From positions 4,860,001 through 4,892,000 of the forward strand of contig NZ_LN831024.1 of assembly GCF_001457615.1 (NCBI RefSeq): a stretch of DNA of 32,000 nucleotides, written 5' to 3'. The notes below the pieces were generated by a model. The model searched no databases. It saw only the letters and a program-made list of their open reading frames with translations, and was not told the DNA's origin. The DNA is from Pseudomonas aeruginosa. Lineage in GTDB: Bacteria; Pseudomonadota; Gammaproteobacteria; Pseudomonadales; Pseudomonadaceae. Position numbers and translations under genes: made by a program. Below, in pieces: positions 19,786-29,623 of this stretch (position 1 is the stretch's first letter; every line of letters begins with the position of its first letter).

Positions 19786-20160
19786 ATGTCCCTGATCAAC
19801 GAATATCGCGCCACGGAAGAAGCCATCAAGGAACTTCAGGAGCGCCTGAAGTCCCTGGAACAAGACGACAAACTGAAAAAAGAACTGGAATTCGAAGAGA
19901 AGCTGCGCACGCTGATGGGCACTTACCAGAAGTCCCTGCGTGACGTGATTTCCCTGCTCGATCCGGACGCCAAGATCGGCAAGAGCACCCGCACTGCCAA
20001 GGCGCCTGCCGGCAAGCGCGCGCGCAAGGTCAAGCAGTACAAGAACCCGCACACCGGCGAAGTCATCGAGACCAAGGGCGGCAACCACAAGACTTTGAAA
20101 GAGTGGAAAGCCAAGTGGGGCCCCGAGGCCGTCGAGAGCTGGGCCACCCTGCTCGGCTAA
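19786..20160 (+). CDS. mvaT: MvaT, H-NS-family xenogeneic silencer
   Basis: 124 aa MSLINEYRATEEAIKELQERLKSLEQDDKLKKELEFEEKLRTLMGTYQKSLRDVISLLDP...KRARKVKQYKNPHTGEVIETKGGNHKTLKEWKAKWGPEAVESWATLLG. Confidence 0.98.
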   Translation: MSLINEYRATEEAIKELQERLKSLEQDDKLKKELEFEEKLRTLMGTYQKSLRDVISLLDPDAKIGKSTRTAKAPAGKRARKVKQYKNPHTGEVIETKGGNHKTLKEWKAKWGPEAVESWATLLG

Positions 20161-20179
20161 ACCAGTCAGTTCCACGAAG

Positions 20180-20205
20180 AACGCCAGCCCAGTGCTGGCG
20201 TTTTT
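20180..20205 (+). terminator. Rho-independent terminator of mvaT
   Basis: AACGCCAGC-CCAGT-GCTGGCGTT followed by TTT. Confidence 0.9.
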
Positions 20206-20244
20206 CATTTCCGCCGGATTGTATCGGCTCCTCTGCCTGCGCCC

Positions 20245-21687
20245 TCAAGTCTCCAGCGAATAGCGTTGACGCAGTTCCGCGGCGTAATCGCGCCAGGCCG
20301 CAAGTACCGCCGGCAATGTGCCGCCCTGCTCTTGCCGACAAGCCTCCAGCGCCGCCTCGAAGGCCGGCAAAGTATTCGGTGCGCCGTATTCTTCATGGGA
20401 CAAACGATTGCGGCAGAAGCTTTCCCATTGTTGGCGCTCGGCCACATTTAAAGTTTCCGGGAAATTTCGCGCACGATAGCGGAAGAACAACTCCTGCAAA
20501 CGGGCATCGTCGAAGGGCCATTGTTCTTTGGCCAATTGCTCCGGTTCGGCAAGGCGCAGCTGTTCACAAAGGCGTCGATCCCGATCGCCAATAAATCCGT
20601 CATACAACTGTTGCTCGGGGTCGTCGCTGGCGGAGAAACTTTCTTCGCCATATAGCGCTGTCAGTTTGTCCGCCCAGACGGTTTGATGCTGGCGCAACAG
20701 CTCGGCTTTTTGCTGGCACTCATCGAGTTCGATGCCGGTTCGCTGGCGATCCTCGGCGCGCAATACCGACAGCGGCGCCACCACCGGGCAACGGTTGACC
20801 TGGATCTGCTTCAGCGGCACCGGCAACTCGCCCTCGGCCAGTTCGTCGCGACGGGTATACAGGCGCCTGCGCAAGTCCTCGGCCGACAACTCCAGCAGCG
20901 GCGCGGGATCGGCGCAGAGGTCGCAGACGATCAGAGCATTGCGGTTGCGCGGGTGCCAGGCCAGCGGCAGGGCCACCGAGAGGAAATGGCGCTCCGCGGA
21001 AAAGCGTCCGGAGACATGCACCAGCGGCTGCAGCAGGCGTACCTGGTCGAGCACCTTGTGCTTGCTGCGCAACTGGTAGAGGTAATCGTACAGGCGCGGC
21101 TGGCGCTGACGGATCAGGCGGGCCAGGGCAATGGTGGCGCGGACATCGGAAAGCGCGTCGTGGGCCTGCCCATGCTCCAGGCCGTTCGCCGCGGTGAGCA
21201 TTTCCAGCTTCAGCGACAGCCGGCCGTCCAGCTGCGGCCACTGGATGCCCTCCGGGCGCAGGGCATAGGCGGTACGGACCATGTCGATCAGGTCCCAGCG
21301 GCTATTGCCGCCTTGCCACTCGCGGGCGTAGGGATCGAAGAAGTTGCGGTACAGGCTGTAGCGCGTCACTTCGTCGTCGAAGCGCAGGGAGTTGTAGCCG
21401 GCCACGCAGGTCGCCGGCTGCGCCAGCTGGGCGTGTACCCGGGTCATGAAGTCGGCCTCGGACAGCCCCCGCTCGGCCAGCCGCTGGGGAGTGATGCCGG
21501 TGATCAGGCAAGCCATAGGGTGGGGCAGGATATCGTCGCTGGGACGGCAATACAGGTTCATCGGCTCGCCGATCTCGTTCAGCGCCTCGTCCGTGCGGAT
21601 CCCGGCGATCTGCAACGGCCGGTCGCGGCGAGGGTCGATGCCGGTGGTTTCGTAGTCGTACCAAAAAATACTCGCGTTCACGGTCAT
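20245..21687 (-). CDS. sbcB: Exodeoxyribonuclease I
   Basis: 480 aa. DnaQ-like exonuclease motif FWYDYETTGIDPRRDRPLQIAGIRTD, ARPLYDYLYQLRSKHKVLD-type helices, and C-terminal LFFRYRARNFPETLNVAERQQW typical of ExoI. Confidence 0.96.
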   Translation of the reverse strand: MTVNASIFWYDYETTGIDPRRDRPLQIAGIRTDEALNEIGEPMNLYCRPSDDILPHPMACLITGITPQRLAERGLSEADFMTRVHAQLAQPATCVAGYNSLRFDDEVTRYSLYRNFFDPYAREWQGGNSRWDLIDMVRTAYALRPEGIQWPQLDGRLSLKLEMLTAANGLEHGQAHDALSDVRATIALARLIRQRQPRLYDYLYQLRSKHKVLDQVRLLQPLVHVSGRFSAERHFLSVALPLAWHPRNRNALIVCDLCADPAPLLELSAEDLRRRLYTRRDELAEGELPVPLKQIQVNRCPVVAPLSVLRAEDRQRTGIELDECQQKAELLRQHQTVWADKLTALYGEESFSASDDPEQQLYDGFIGDRDRRLCEQLRLAEPEQLAKEQWPFDDARLQELFFRYRARNFPETLNVAERQQWESFCRNRLSHEEYGAPNTLPAFEAALEACRQEQGGTLPAVLAAWRDYAAELRQRYSLET

Positions 21688-21911
21688 TCCCTTTCTGGCG
21701 GCACCGGGCAGTCTACCAGTGACTGCCGCGAAGCTCGCGACCCACTTCGGGGATTTCCAGGTTTTCCAACGAACTCACGGAAAGCGCCGTAGGCACGGCC
21801 CGCCAGGGCGCGTCAGTGCGCATATCTGCCATCCGAACCTTGCGTTGTCCCCTCCGCCCTCGCTAGCATTCCGCTCGCACGGATGCCCGTTTCACTGACA
21901 AGGACAGCACC

Positions 21912-22649
21912 ATGAACGACACCAGCAATCCCTACGCCACCCCCGCCAGCGCCCTGCAACCGACCCAGGCGGTGCCGCCGGTCATCGGCGACTACGACTT
22001 CCGCATCGGCGACGTGATCAGCGAAGCCTGGGCCAAGATCAAGGGCGTCAAAGGCATCCTGATCGGCGCCTTCGTGGTCTACAGCGTGGTGATCCAGACC
22101 ATCACCTTCATCCTCACCCTGCTCTTCGGCGGTATCGGCCTGATGAGCGAGGCCGATCCCATCGCCTTCGCGGTCGGCCAGATGATCGCCAGCCTGGTCG
22201 CCACGGCGGTGGGCTACCCGTTCTTCACCGGCCTGACCATGATCGGCATCCGCCGCGCCGCCGACCAGCCGGCGACCTTCAACGAAATGTTCAACTACTT
22301 CGGCATGCTGGTGCCGCTGCTGCTCACCGGCCTGCTGATGATGCTGATGGTCTACGTCGGCTTCTTCCTGCTGATCATCCCCGGTCTCTACCTGAGCGTC
22401 GCCTACATGCTCGCCCTGCCGCTGGTGGCCGAGCGCGGCCTGACGCCCTGGCAGGCCCTGGAAACCTCGCGCAAGGCCATCAGCCGCCACTGGTTCAAGG
22501 TGTTCGGCCTGCTGCTGGTGCTGAGCCTGCTGATGCTGGTGAGCATGATCCCGCTGTTCATCGGCCTGATCTGGACCGGCCCGCTGTTCGTCGTCTCCAT
22601 GGGTATTCTCTACCGCACCATCTTCGGCGTTCGCCCACTGGGCAACTGA
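21912..22649 (+). CDS. Multi-TM uncharacterised membrane protein
   Basis: 245 aa, five to six hydrophobic segments (ILIGAFVVYSVVIQTITFILTLLFGGIGL...LLLTGLLMMLMVYVGFFLLIIPGLYLSVAYMLALPLV). Confidence 0.85.
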   Translation: MNDTSNPYATPASALQPTQAVPPVIGDYDFRIGDVISEAWAKIKGVKGILIGAFVVYSVVIQTITFILTLLFGGIGLMSEADPIAFAVGQMIASLVATAVGYPFFTGLTMIGIRRAADQPATFNEMFNYFGMLVPLLLTGLLMMLMVYVGFFLLIIPGLYLSVAYMLALPLVAERGLTPWQALETSRKAISRHWFKVFGLLLVLSLLMLVSMIPLFIGLIWTGPLFVVSMGILYRTIFGVRPLGN

Positions 22650-22734
22650 GGTGCAGACCGGGCCGTCGCGGCGGCCCGGTTGCCTGATGACGCCACGCTG
22701 GCTAGCATCTGACTTTCCCCGACACGGCCCCCCG

Positions 22735-23484
22735 ATGCCACCGAACGCAGCCGCTCGCCTCGTCGCGCCCGCCTCCCGGCCAGGCGCCGAGGTCCTCGAC
22801 ACCCACTACCACGTGGAAACGCCGGAAGGCATCGACCTGCTCCTGCGTCCCGCCGGCGTCGTCCCCCGGGCCCTGGCCTATACCATCGACCTCTGCATCC
22901 GCGGCCTGATCATGCTGGTGCTGATGCTCGGCCTGGCGTTCCTCGGCAAGCTCGGCGCCGGCCTCGGCCTGCTGCTGACCTTCATCATGACCTGGTGGTA
23001 CATGGTCCTCTTCGAGGTGCTCAACCAGGGCCGCTCGCCCGGCAAGCAGATGATGGGACTGCGCGTCGTCCACGACGACGGCACTCCGGTGGGCTGGGCC
23101 GCGTCGCTGCTGCGCAACCTGCTGCGCTTCGCCGACATCCTGCCCTTCGGCTACGCCCTCGGTCTGCTCTGTTGCCTGAACCATCCGGCCTTCAAGCGCC
23201 TGGGCGACATCGCCGCCGGCACCCTGGTGGTCTACCGCGAACCCGAACTGAGCCGGCCCAGCCTGCCTGACGTCGAGCCGCAACTGCCGCCCTTCCCCAT
23301 GAGCCTGGAAGAACAGCGCGCCTTCCTCGGTTTCGCCGAACGCGGCGCGGCGCTTTCCTCGGCACGCCGCGAGGAACTGGCGGGCATTCTCGCCGAACCG
23401 CTGGGCGTCGAGCCGGTACGCGCCCAGGCCGAGATCAACGGCATCGCCCGCGGCTTTCTCGGCCTGCGTCAGGAGAGCGCATGA
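22735..23484 (+). CDS. RDD-family membrane protein
   Basis: 249 aa. RDD-like PRALAYTIDLCIRGLIMLVL...VLNQGRSPGKQMMGLRVVHDDGTPVGWAASLLRNLLR...DIAAGTLVVYR. Start taken at 22735, not 22651. Confidence 0.9.
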   Translation: MPPNAAARLVAPASRPGAEVLDTHYHVETPEGIDLLLRPAGVVPRALAYTIDLCIRGLIMLVLMLGLAFLGKLGAGLGLLLTFIMTWWYMVLFEVLNQGRSPGKQMMGLRVVHDDGTPVGWAASLLRNLLRFADILPFGYALGLLCCLNHPAFKRLGDIAAGTLVVYREPELSRPSLPDVEPQLPPFPMSLEEQRAFLGFAERGAALSSARREELAGILAEPLGVEPVRAQAEINGIARGFLGLRQESA

Positions 23485-24461
23485 AACAGAGCCTCTTCGA
23501 ACAGCGCCACCAGGCCGCCTGGCAACGCTTCGACAAACGCCTCGCCTTCCTCGAGAAAGGCAAGAAGCTGGAAGGCTCCAGCGACGACTTCGCCGCCGAT
23601 TACCGGCGCCTCTGCCAGCAACTGGCGCTGGCCCAGGAGCGCGGCTACAGCAGTCACCTGATCGACCAGTTGCAGCAACTGGCGATGCGCGGCCATCAGC
23701 AGTTCTACCGGCACCGCAGCCACCTCGGCAGCCGCATCCTCGGCTTCCTGCTCGCCGGCCTGCCGCGCCTGGTCCGCGAGGAGTGGCGCAGCATCGCCGT
23801 GGCCAGCCTGCTGTTCTACGGCAGCGCCCTGCTCATGGGGCTGCTGGTCTATCACTTTCCCGACCTGATCTACAGCGTGGTCAGCCCGGACAAGGTCAGC
23901 GAGATGGAGTCTATGTACGCCCCGGAAACCACCCGCCTGGGTCCGTTGGGGGCACGCGACACCAGCGACGACTGGGAAATGTTCGGCTTCTACATCATGA
24001 ACAACATCGGCATCGCCTTTCAGACCTTCGCCAGCGGCGTGCTGCTGGGACTCGGCAGCCTGTTCTTCCTGCTGTTCAATGGCCTGATGATCGGTTCGGT
24101 GGCCGGCCACCTGACGCAGATCGGCTACGTGCAGACCTTCTGGCCGTTCGTCATCGGCCACGGCGCGTTCGAACTGACCGCCATCACCTTCGCCGGCGCC
24201 GCCGGCCTCAAGCTCGGCTGGGCGCTGCTCGCGCCAGGTCGCCTGACCCGCGGCGAAGCCCTGCGGCTGGCCGCCCGGCGCAGCGTGCAACTGATCGCCG
24301 GGGTGATCGTGCTGTTGCTGCTGGCGGCCTTCACCGAGGCCTATTGGTCTTCCATCAGTCATTTCGAGCCGCGGGTGAAGTACGCGGTCGGCGCGGTCCT
24401 CTGGCTGCTGGTCGGCAGCTACTTCCTGTTCGCCGGACGGAGCCGCCATGCGCCTGACTGA
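23481..24461 (+). CDS. SpoIIM/DUF95-family membrane protein
   Basis: 326 aa. Pattern NNIGIAFQTFASGVLLGLGSLFFLLFNGLMIGSVAGHL...WPFVIGHGAFELTAITFAGAAGLKLG. Confidence 0.92.
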   Translation: MKQSLFEQRHQAAWQRFDKRLAFLEKGKKLEGSSDDFAADYRRLCQQLALAQERGYSSHLIDQLQQLAMRGHQQFYRHRSHLGSRILGFLLAGLPRLVREEWRSIAVASLLFYGSALLMGLLVYHFPDLIYSVVSPDKVSEMESMYAPETTRLGPLGARDTSDDWEMFGFYIMNNIGIAFQTFASGVLLGLGSLFFLLFNGLMIGSVAGHLTQIGYVQTFWPFVIGHGAFELTAITFAGAAGLKLGWALLAPGRLTRGEALRLAARRSVQLIAGVIVLLLLAAFTEAYWSSISHFEPRVKYAVGAVLWLLVGSYFLFAGRSRHAPD

Positions 24462-26019
24462 CGCCAGCGTGGCGATCCGCCCGCGCAGCGCCTGGGAAGC
24501 GCTCGACCTCGGCATCCTCCTGGCGCATCGCCATGCGCGCCTGCTGATGGGCAGCTGGGCGTTGCTGACCCTGCCGCTGTTCGCCGTGCTCAGCCTCCTG
24601 CTGTGGCAGCATCCGACCCTGGCGATCCTGATCTTCTGGTGGCTCAAGCCGGCCTTCGAACGGCTGCCGCTGTACATTCTCTCGCACGCCCTGTTCGGCG
24701 ATACGCCAACCCTGAGGCAGGCCCTGCGCGCCTATCCCGCCCTGCTGAGGAAGCAGTTGCCGGCCAGCCTGCTGTGGCGCCGCTTCAGTCCGACGCGCAG
24801 CTTCGACCTGCCGGTCCTGCAACTGGAAGGGCTCGCCGGGGAGCCCCGCAGCCAGCGCCTGATCGTATTGTCCCAGCGCAACGCCGGCGGCGCGACCTGG
24901 CTGACCGTGGTCGGCGTGCACCTGGAAATGGCGCTCTGGGCCGGCTTCGCCATGCTTCTCTACCTGCTGATCCCGGCGCAGAACGAGATCGACTGGAACT
25001 GGCAGAGCCTGCTCGACCCGGAAGCCGGCGAGTGGCTCTGGCTGGAGCACCTGTCGAACCTGCTCTACGTCCTGGTGCTGGTAGTCTGGGAGCCGATCTA
25101 CGTGGCCTGCGGCTTCACCCTCTACCTGAACCGGCGCACCGAACTGGAGGCCTGGGACATCGAGCTGGTGTTCCGCCGCCTGCGCCAGCGTCTGGTCGGC
25201 AGCGCCTATGTCCTGCTGCTCGGCCTGACCGCTTCGCTGGCCTGGCTGCCCGCCCCTTCCGCCTACGCCGAGCCGGCGGCCGCCACCAGCGCCGGCGAAG
25301 CCGAGCTGCCGCCCGAGCAGGCCCGCCTGCTGCGGCAGAAACTCAACAGCGAACAGGCCGGCAAGCAGATCCGGGCGATCGTCGACGGCGCGCCGTTCAA
25401 GAACAGCGAGACCGTTACGGGCTGGCGCTTCGGCGACAAGACCGAGAAAAAGGACAGCCGCAAGGAGGACGAAGAGCGGCTCAAGGCATTCTTCGAGGCC
25501 CTGGCCAACTGGGTGCCGTTCCGTCACGCGGCGCAGGTCATCGAAGTGCTGCTCTGGGCGCTGCTGTTCAGCGCGGTGTTCCTGCTGGTCTGGCGCTACC
25601 GTGAATGGCTGCGCCTGTTCGTCGGCAACCTGGGCTTGCCGCAACGGGCCCGCCGCGAAGCGCCGACGGTGATGTTCGGCCTCGATCTCAGTCCGGAAAG
25701 CCTGCCCGACGACATCGCCGGCAACGCCGAACGGCTCTGGAACGAGAAACCACGGGAAGCCCTCGGCCTGCTCTACCGCGGGCTGCTCAGCCGACTGCTG
25801 CATGACTACCGCCTGCCGTTGAAGGGCTCCCATACCGAGGGCGAGGTCCTGCGTCTGGTCGAAGGACTGGAGCAACAACGGCCGCTGCTGCACTACAGCC
25901 AACTGCTGACCGCCCAATGGCAGGCGCTCGCCTACGGCCACCGGCTGCCGGCCGACGACGCTCGCCAGCGCCTCTGCGACGGCTGGCGCAGCCTTTTCGC
26001 CGCGGGAGCCAAGCCATGA
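24448..26019 (+). CDS. DUF4129-containing membrane protein
   Basis: 523 aa with several TMs and a C-terminal part NEKPREALGLLYRGLLSRLLHDYRLPLKGSHTEGEVLRLVE, which resembles DUF4129. Confidence 0.8.
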   Translation: MRLTDASVAIRPRSAWEALDLGILLAHRHARLLMGSWALLTLPLFAVLSLLLWQHPTLAILIFWWLKPAFERLPLYILSHALFGDTPTLRQALRAYPALLRKQLPASLLWRRFSPTRSFDLPVLQLEGLAGEPRSQRLIVLSQRNAGGATWLTVVGVHLEMALWAGFAMLLYLLIPAQNEIDWNWQSLLDPEAGEWLWLEHLSNLLYVLVLVVWEPIYVACGFTLYLNRRTELEAWDIELVFRRLRQRLVGSAYVLLLGLTASLAWLPAPSAYAEPAAATSAGEAELPPEQARLLRQKLNSEQAGKQIRAIVDGAPFKNSETVTGWRFGDKTEKKDSRKEDEERLKAFFEALANWVPFRHAAQVIEVLLWALLFSAVFLLVWRYREWLRLFVGNLGLPQRARREAPTVMFGLDLSPESLPDDIAGNAERLWNEKPREALGLLYRGLLSRLLHDYRLPLKGSHTEGEVLRLVEGLEQQRPLLHYSQLLTAQWQALAYGHRLPADDARQRLCDGWRSLFAAGAKP

Positions 26020-27287
26020 TGAGCCGGCGCGCGCGCTTCCTGCTGCTTGCCGTGCTCCTGCTGCTGGCCGGGCTGCTGGCGATCTTCCTGGCCAGCCGCC
26101 TGCAACCCTATACGGAGACGATCGACCTCGGCCCATCGCCGGAGGCCCGGCGCAATCCCTACCTGGCCGCCGAACTGTTCCTGCGCAAGCAGGGGGTCAC
26201 GGTGAGCCGCGCCGACGGCCTTGAGGTCCTCAAGGAGCTGCCGCCCTCCGGGCATACCCTGCTCCTGCTCGGCAGCCGCTCCGGCATGACTCCCGGCCAG
26301 GCTCGCCGCCTGCTGCAATGGAGCGAGCAGGGCGGGCACCTGGTGCTGATCGCCGAACGCCTGTGGGACGAGGACGAGAAGAAGAGCGGCGACCTGCTGC
26401 TCGACAGCCTGGATATCCGCCAGTACCTGACCGAGGACTTCGACGACAGCCAGGACCGGGCCAGCGAGGAAACCGCCGACGCCGACGCCGACGAAGGTAG
26501 CGTCGACGACCATGCGACCGAAGCGCCGCCGGAGGAAGCCGCCGGCGAGGAAGAAGAGCCCGCCGACAGCGTGCCGGACTATTCCGCACTGACCCGCCTG
26601 TACCTGGAAAACGAGCGCTCGCCGGCCTACATCGGCTTCGATCCCGACTACCACCTCTACGATCCGCAGAACCACGCCTACGCCTGGGCCAACAGCGGCG
26701 ACGCCACCCACCTGTTGCAGATGCAGCACGGCAAGGGCCTGGTCACGGTGCTCACCGACGCCTGGATCTGGCAGAACCGCAACATCGAGCAGTACGACAA
26801 CGCCTGGCTGCTCTGGTACCTGACCCAGGACAACCAGGTGACCCTGCTCTACCGCGCCGAACGCGACAGCCTCGCCACCCTGCTCGCCCGCCACTTCCCC
26901 GAGGCCCTGGCGGCAGCGCTGCTGTTGTTGCTCGCCGGCCTGTGGCGCGCAGGGCTGCGCCAGGGTCCCTTGCAGCCGGTGGCCAGCCGTTCGCGCCGGC
27001 AACTGGAGGAACACCTGCGCGCCGGCGCCGACTTCCTCCTCCGCCAGCGCGGCCACGTCGCCTTGCTGCACGGTCTGCAACGCGACATCCTGCGCAGGGC
27101 GCGGCGTCGCCACCCCGGTTTCGAACAGCTCGGCGTCGCCGAGCAATGGCAGATCCTCGGGCGCATGACCCGCCTGCCACCCAGCGCCATCAGCCAGGCC
27201 ATGCGCCCATATCCGGCGCAGCGCCTTTCCGCTGCCGACTTCACCCGCCAGGTCGCCCACCTGCAAAGCCTCAGGAATGCCCTATGA
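26016..27287 (+). CDS. DUF4350-like membrane protein
   Basis: 423 aa. N-terminal TM, NPYLAAELFLRKQGVTV...LLLLGSRSGMTPGQARRLLQWSEQGGHLVLIAERL, C-terminal TM and helical part. ATGA overlap with both neighbours. Confidence 0.8.
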   Translation: MMSRRARFLLLAVLLLLAGLLAIFLASRLQPYTETIDLGPSPEARRNPYLAAELFLRKQGVTVSRADGLEVLKELPPSGHTLLLLGSRSGMTPGQARRLLQWSEQGGHLVLIAERLWDEDEKKSGDLLLDSLDIRQYLTEDFDDSQDRASEETADADADEGSVDDHATEAPPEEAAGEEEEPADSVPDYSALTRLYLENERSPAYIGFDPDYHLYDPQNHAYAWANSGDATHLLQMQHGKGLVTVLTDAWIWQNRNIEQYDNAWLLWYLTQDNQVTLLYRAERDSLATLLARHFPEALAAALLLLLAGLWRAGLRQGPLQPVASRSRRQLEEHLRAGADFLLRQRGHVALLHGLQRDILRRARRRHPGFEQLGVAEQWQILGRMTRLPPSAISQAMRPYPAQRLSAADFTRQVAHLQSLRNAL

Positions 27288-28291
27288 GCGAACAGACGCC
27301 CGAACAACCGAGCACCGCGCCCAACCCGGCGCTCCAGCGCCAGCGCGCCAGCCAGCTGGCCCAGGCCCTGCGCACCGAACTGCAGAAAGCCCTGATCGGC
27401 CAGGGCGCAGTGATCGACGACGTGCTCACCGCGTTGCTCGCCGGCGGCCACGTGCTGGTGGAAGGCGTGCCGGGGCTCGGCAAGACCCTGCTGGTACGCG
27501 CCCTGGCGCGCTGCTTCGACGGCGGCTTCGCGCGCATCCAGTTCACCCCCGACCTGATGCCCAGCGACGTCACCGGCCACGCCGTATACGACCTCGCCAG
27601 CGAGCAGTTCAAGCTGCGCAAGGGGCCGGTGTTCACCCACCTGCTGCTGGCGGACGAGATCAACCGCGCGCCGGCCAAGACCCAGGCCGCCCTGCTGGAA
27701 GTGATGCAGGAGCGCCAGGTCACCCTGGAAGGACGCGCCCTGCCGGTGCCGCAGCCGTTCATGGTGCTGGCGACGCAGAACCCGATCGAGCAGGAAGGCA
27801 CCTATCCGCTGCCGGAAGCCGAACTCGACCGCTTCATGCTCAAGCTGCGCATCGATTACCCGGCCGAAGCCGAGGAACAGACCCTGGTGCGCCAGGTGAC
27901 CCGCTCCGCGCGCAGCGACATGCTCGACGTAGCCAACCTGCGGCCGCTGCTGAAGGACAAGGACGTTCTCGCCCTGCAGCGGATCGCCAGCGACCTGCCG
28001 ATCGACGACCAGGTCCTCGACTATGCCGTGCGCCTGGCCCGCACCACCCGCAACTGGCCGGGCCTGGCCCTCGGCGCCGGACCTCGCGCGTCGATCGCCC
28101 TGGTCCGTTGCGGCCGGGCGCGGGCGCTGCTGCGCGGCGGCGAGTTCGTGGTGCCGGACGACATCAAGGGCTGTGCCCTGGCGGTCCTGCGCCATCGGGT
28201 CCGGCTGTCTCCGGAGCTGGACATCGAGGGGCTGTCGGTGGACCAGGTCCTGCAACAGTTGCTCGACCAGGTACCGGCCCCCCGCGTATGA
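27284..28291 (+). CDS. MoxR-family AAA+ ATPase
   Basis: 335 aa. Walker A GHVLVEGVPGLGKTLLVRALA, Walker B LLLADEINRAPAKTQAALLEVMQERQVTLEG, sensor 1 VLATQNPIEQEGTYPLPEAELDRF. Confidence 0.96.
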   Translation: MSEQTPEQPSTAPNPALQRQRASQLAQALRTELQKALIGQGAVIDDVLTALLAGGHVLVEGVPGLGKTLLVRALARCFDGGFARIQFTPDLMPSDVTGHAVYDLASEQFKLRKGPVFTHLLLADEINRAPAKTQAALLEVMQERQVTLEGRALPVPQPFMVLATQNPIEQEGTYPLPEAELDRFMLKLRIDYPAEAEEQTLVRQVTRSARSDMLDVANLRPLLKDKDVLALQRIASDLPIDDQVLDYAVRLARTTRNWPGLALGAGPRASIALVRCGRARALLRGGEFVVPDDIKGCALAVLRHRVRLSPELDIEGLSVDQVLQQLLDQVPAPRV

Positions 28292-29619
28292 AGCCATCGC
28301 GCGCCCTGCTGGCGCTGTTCGCCGCGCTCCTGCTGCTGGCCATCGGCCTGGGCAGCCTGTCGGCGCTCGGCCAGCGGTTGCCTGCGCAACTGCATACATT
28401 CTGGTGGGCGGCGCTCGCCGCGCTGCTCCTGCTCGGCCTGCTGGACGCCCTGTGGGCGCGCCGCCAGGCGGTGCCGAAGCTGAGCCGCCAGCTCAGCGGC
28501 AACCTGCCGCTGGGGCGCTGGAGCGAAGTGCGCCTGCATCTGCAGCACACCTATCGGCGTCCGGTTCGCCTGACCCTGTTCGATCACCTGCCGGCCGGCA
28601 TGGATTTCGAGTACCTGCCGCAGGAGGTCGAACTGCGCCCGGGCGAAAGCACCGAGGTCGGCTACCGGGTGCGGCCGCTCAACCGCGGTCACTTCGTGTT
28701 TCCCCGCTGCGAGCTGGAACTGCCCAGCCCGCTGCGCCTGTGGCGGCAGCGCCGCTACCTGGAAGCACGCGGCGAGACCCGCGTCTACCCGGACTTCGCC
28801 CGCCTCTACGGCGCCGAACTGATGGCGGTCGACCACTGGCTCAACCAGATCGGCGTACGCGGCGGCCAGCGCCGCGGCCTCGGCCTGGAGTTCCACCAGT
28901 TGCGCGAATTCCGCGACGGCGACACCCTGCGCCAGATCGACTGGAAGGCCACCGCTCGCAAACGCACGCCGATCGCCCGCGAATACCAGGACGAACGCGA
29001 CCAGCAGATCCTCTTCCTGCTCGACTGCGGCCGCCGCATGCGCAGCCAGGACGGCGACCTGTCGCACTTCGACCATGCCCTCAACGCCAGCCTGCTGCTG
29101 GCCTACGTGGCCCTGCGCCAGGGCGACGCGGTGGGCGCCATGACCTTCGCCGGCGACGACCGCCGGCATCTCCCGCCGGGCAAGGGCAGCGCCCAGCTCG
29201 GCGCGCTGCTCAACACCGTCTACGACCTGCAGACCAGCCAGCGTCCCGCCGATTTCCCGGAAGCCGTGCAGGCGGTGCTGTCCCGCCAGCGGCGGCGGGC
29301 CCTGGTGATCCTGGTAACCAACCTGCGCGACGAGGACGACGAAGAACTGCTCGGCGCGGTGAAACGCCTGGGCCGCCAGCACCGGGTGCTGGTCGCCAGC
29401 CTGCGCGAGGAAGTGCTCGACACCCTGCGCCACGAGCCGGTCGCCCGCTACGAGCAGGCGCTCGCCTACACCGGCACCATCGACTACCTGAATGCGCGCA
29501 ACGGCCTCCACGAGAAGCTCGCGGCCCACGGCGTGCCAGTGCTCGATGCGCGTCCCAGCGAACTCGGGCCGGAGCTGATCAGCCGCTACCTGGGCTGGAA
29601 GCGCGCCGGCGTGCTTTGA
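28288..29619 (+). CDS. DUF58 (vWA-like) protein
   Basis: 443 aa. Two N-terminal TMs and the DUF58 signature EFHQLREFRDGDTLRQIDWKATARKRTPIAREYQDERDQQILFLLDCGRRM. Confidence 0.94.
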   Translation: MKPSRALLALFAALLLLAIGLGSLSALGQRLPAQLHTFWWAALAALLLLGLLDALWARRQAVPKLSRQLSGNLPLGRWSEVRLHLQHTYRRPVRLTLFDHLPAGMDFEYLPQEVELRPGESTEVGYRVRPLNRGHFVFPRCELELPSPLRLWRQRRYLEARGETRVYPDFARLYGAELMAVDHWLNQIGVRGGQRRGLGLEFHQLREFRDGDTLRQIDWKATARKRTPIAREYQDERDQQILFLLDCGRRMRSQDGDLSHFDHALNASLLLAYVALRQGDAVGAMTFAGDDRRHLPPGKGSAQLGALLNTVYDLQTSQRPADFPEAVQAVLSRQRRRALVILVTNLRDEDDEELLGAVKRLGRQHRVLVASLREEVLDTLRHEPVARYEQALAYTGTIDYLNARNGLHEKLAAHGVPVLDARPSELGPELISRYLGWKRAGVL

Positions 29620-29623
29620 CGGA

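Noticed and set aside
24355-26136. 593-aa minus-strand ORF (and 402 aa, 444 aa, 516 aa, 502 aa similar ORFs up to 29529)
   Set aside because: Antisense to the SpoIIM-DUF4129-DUF4350-MoxR-DUF58 genes, with composition typical of shadow ORFs.
27277-29619. 780-aa plus-strand ORF
   Set aside because: Only the last part (28288-29619) is the DUF58 protein. The first part is an alternate frame of the MoxR gene.
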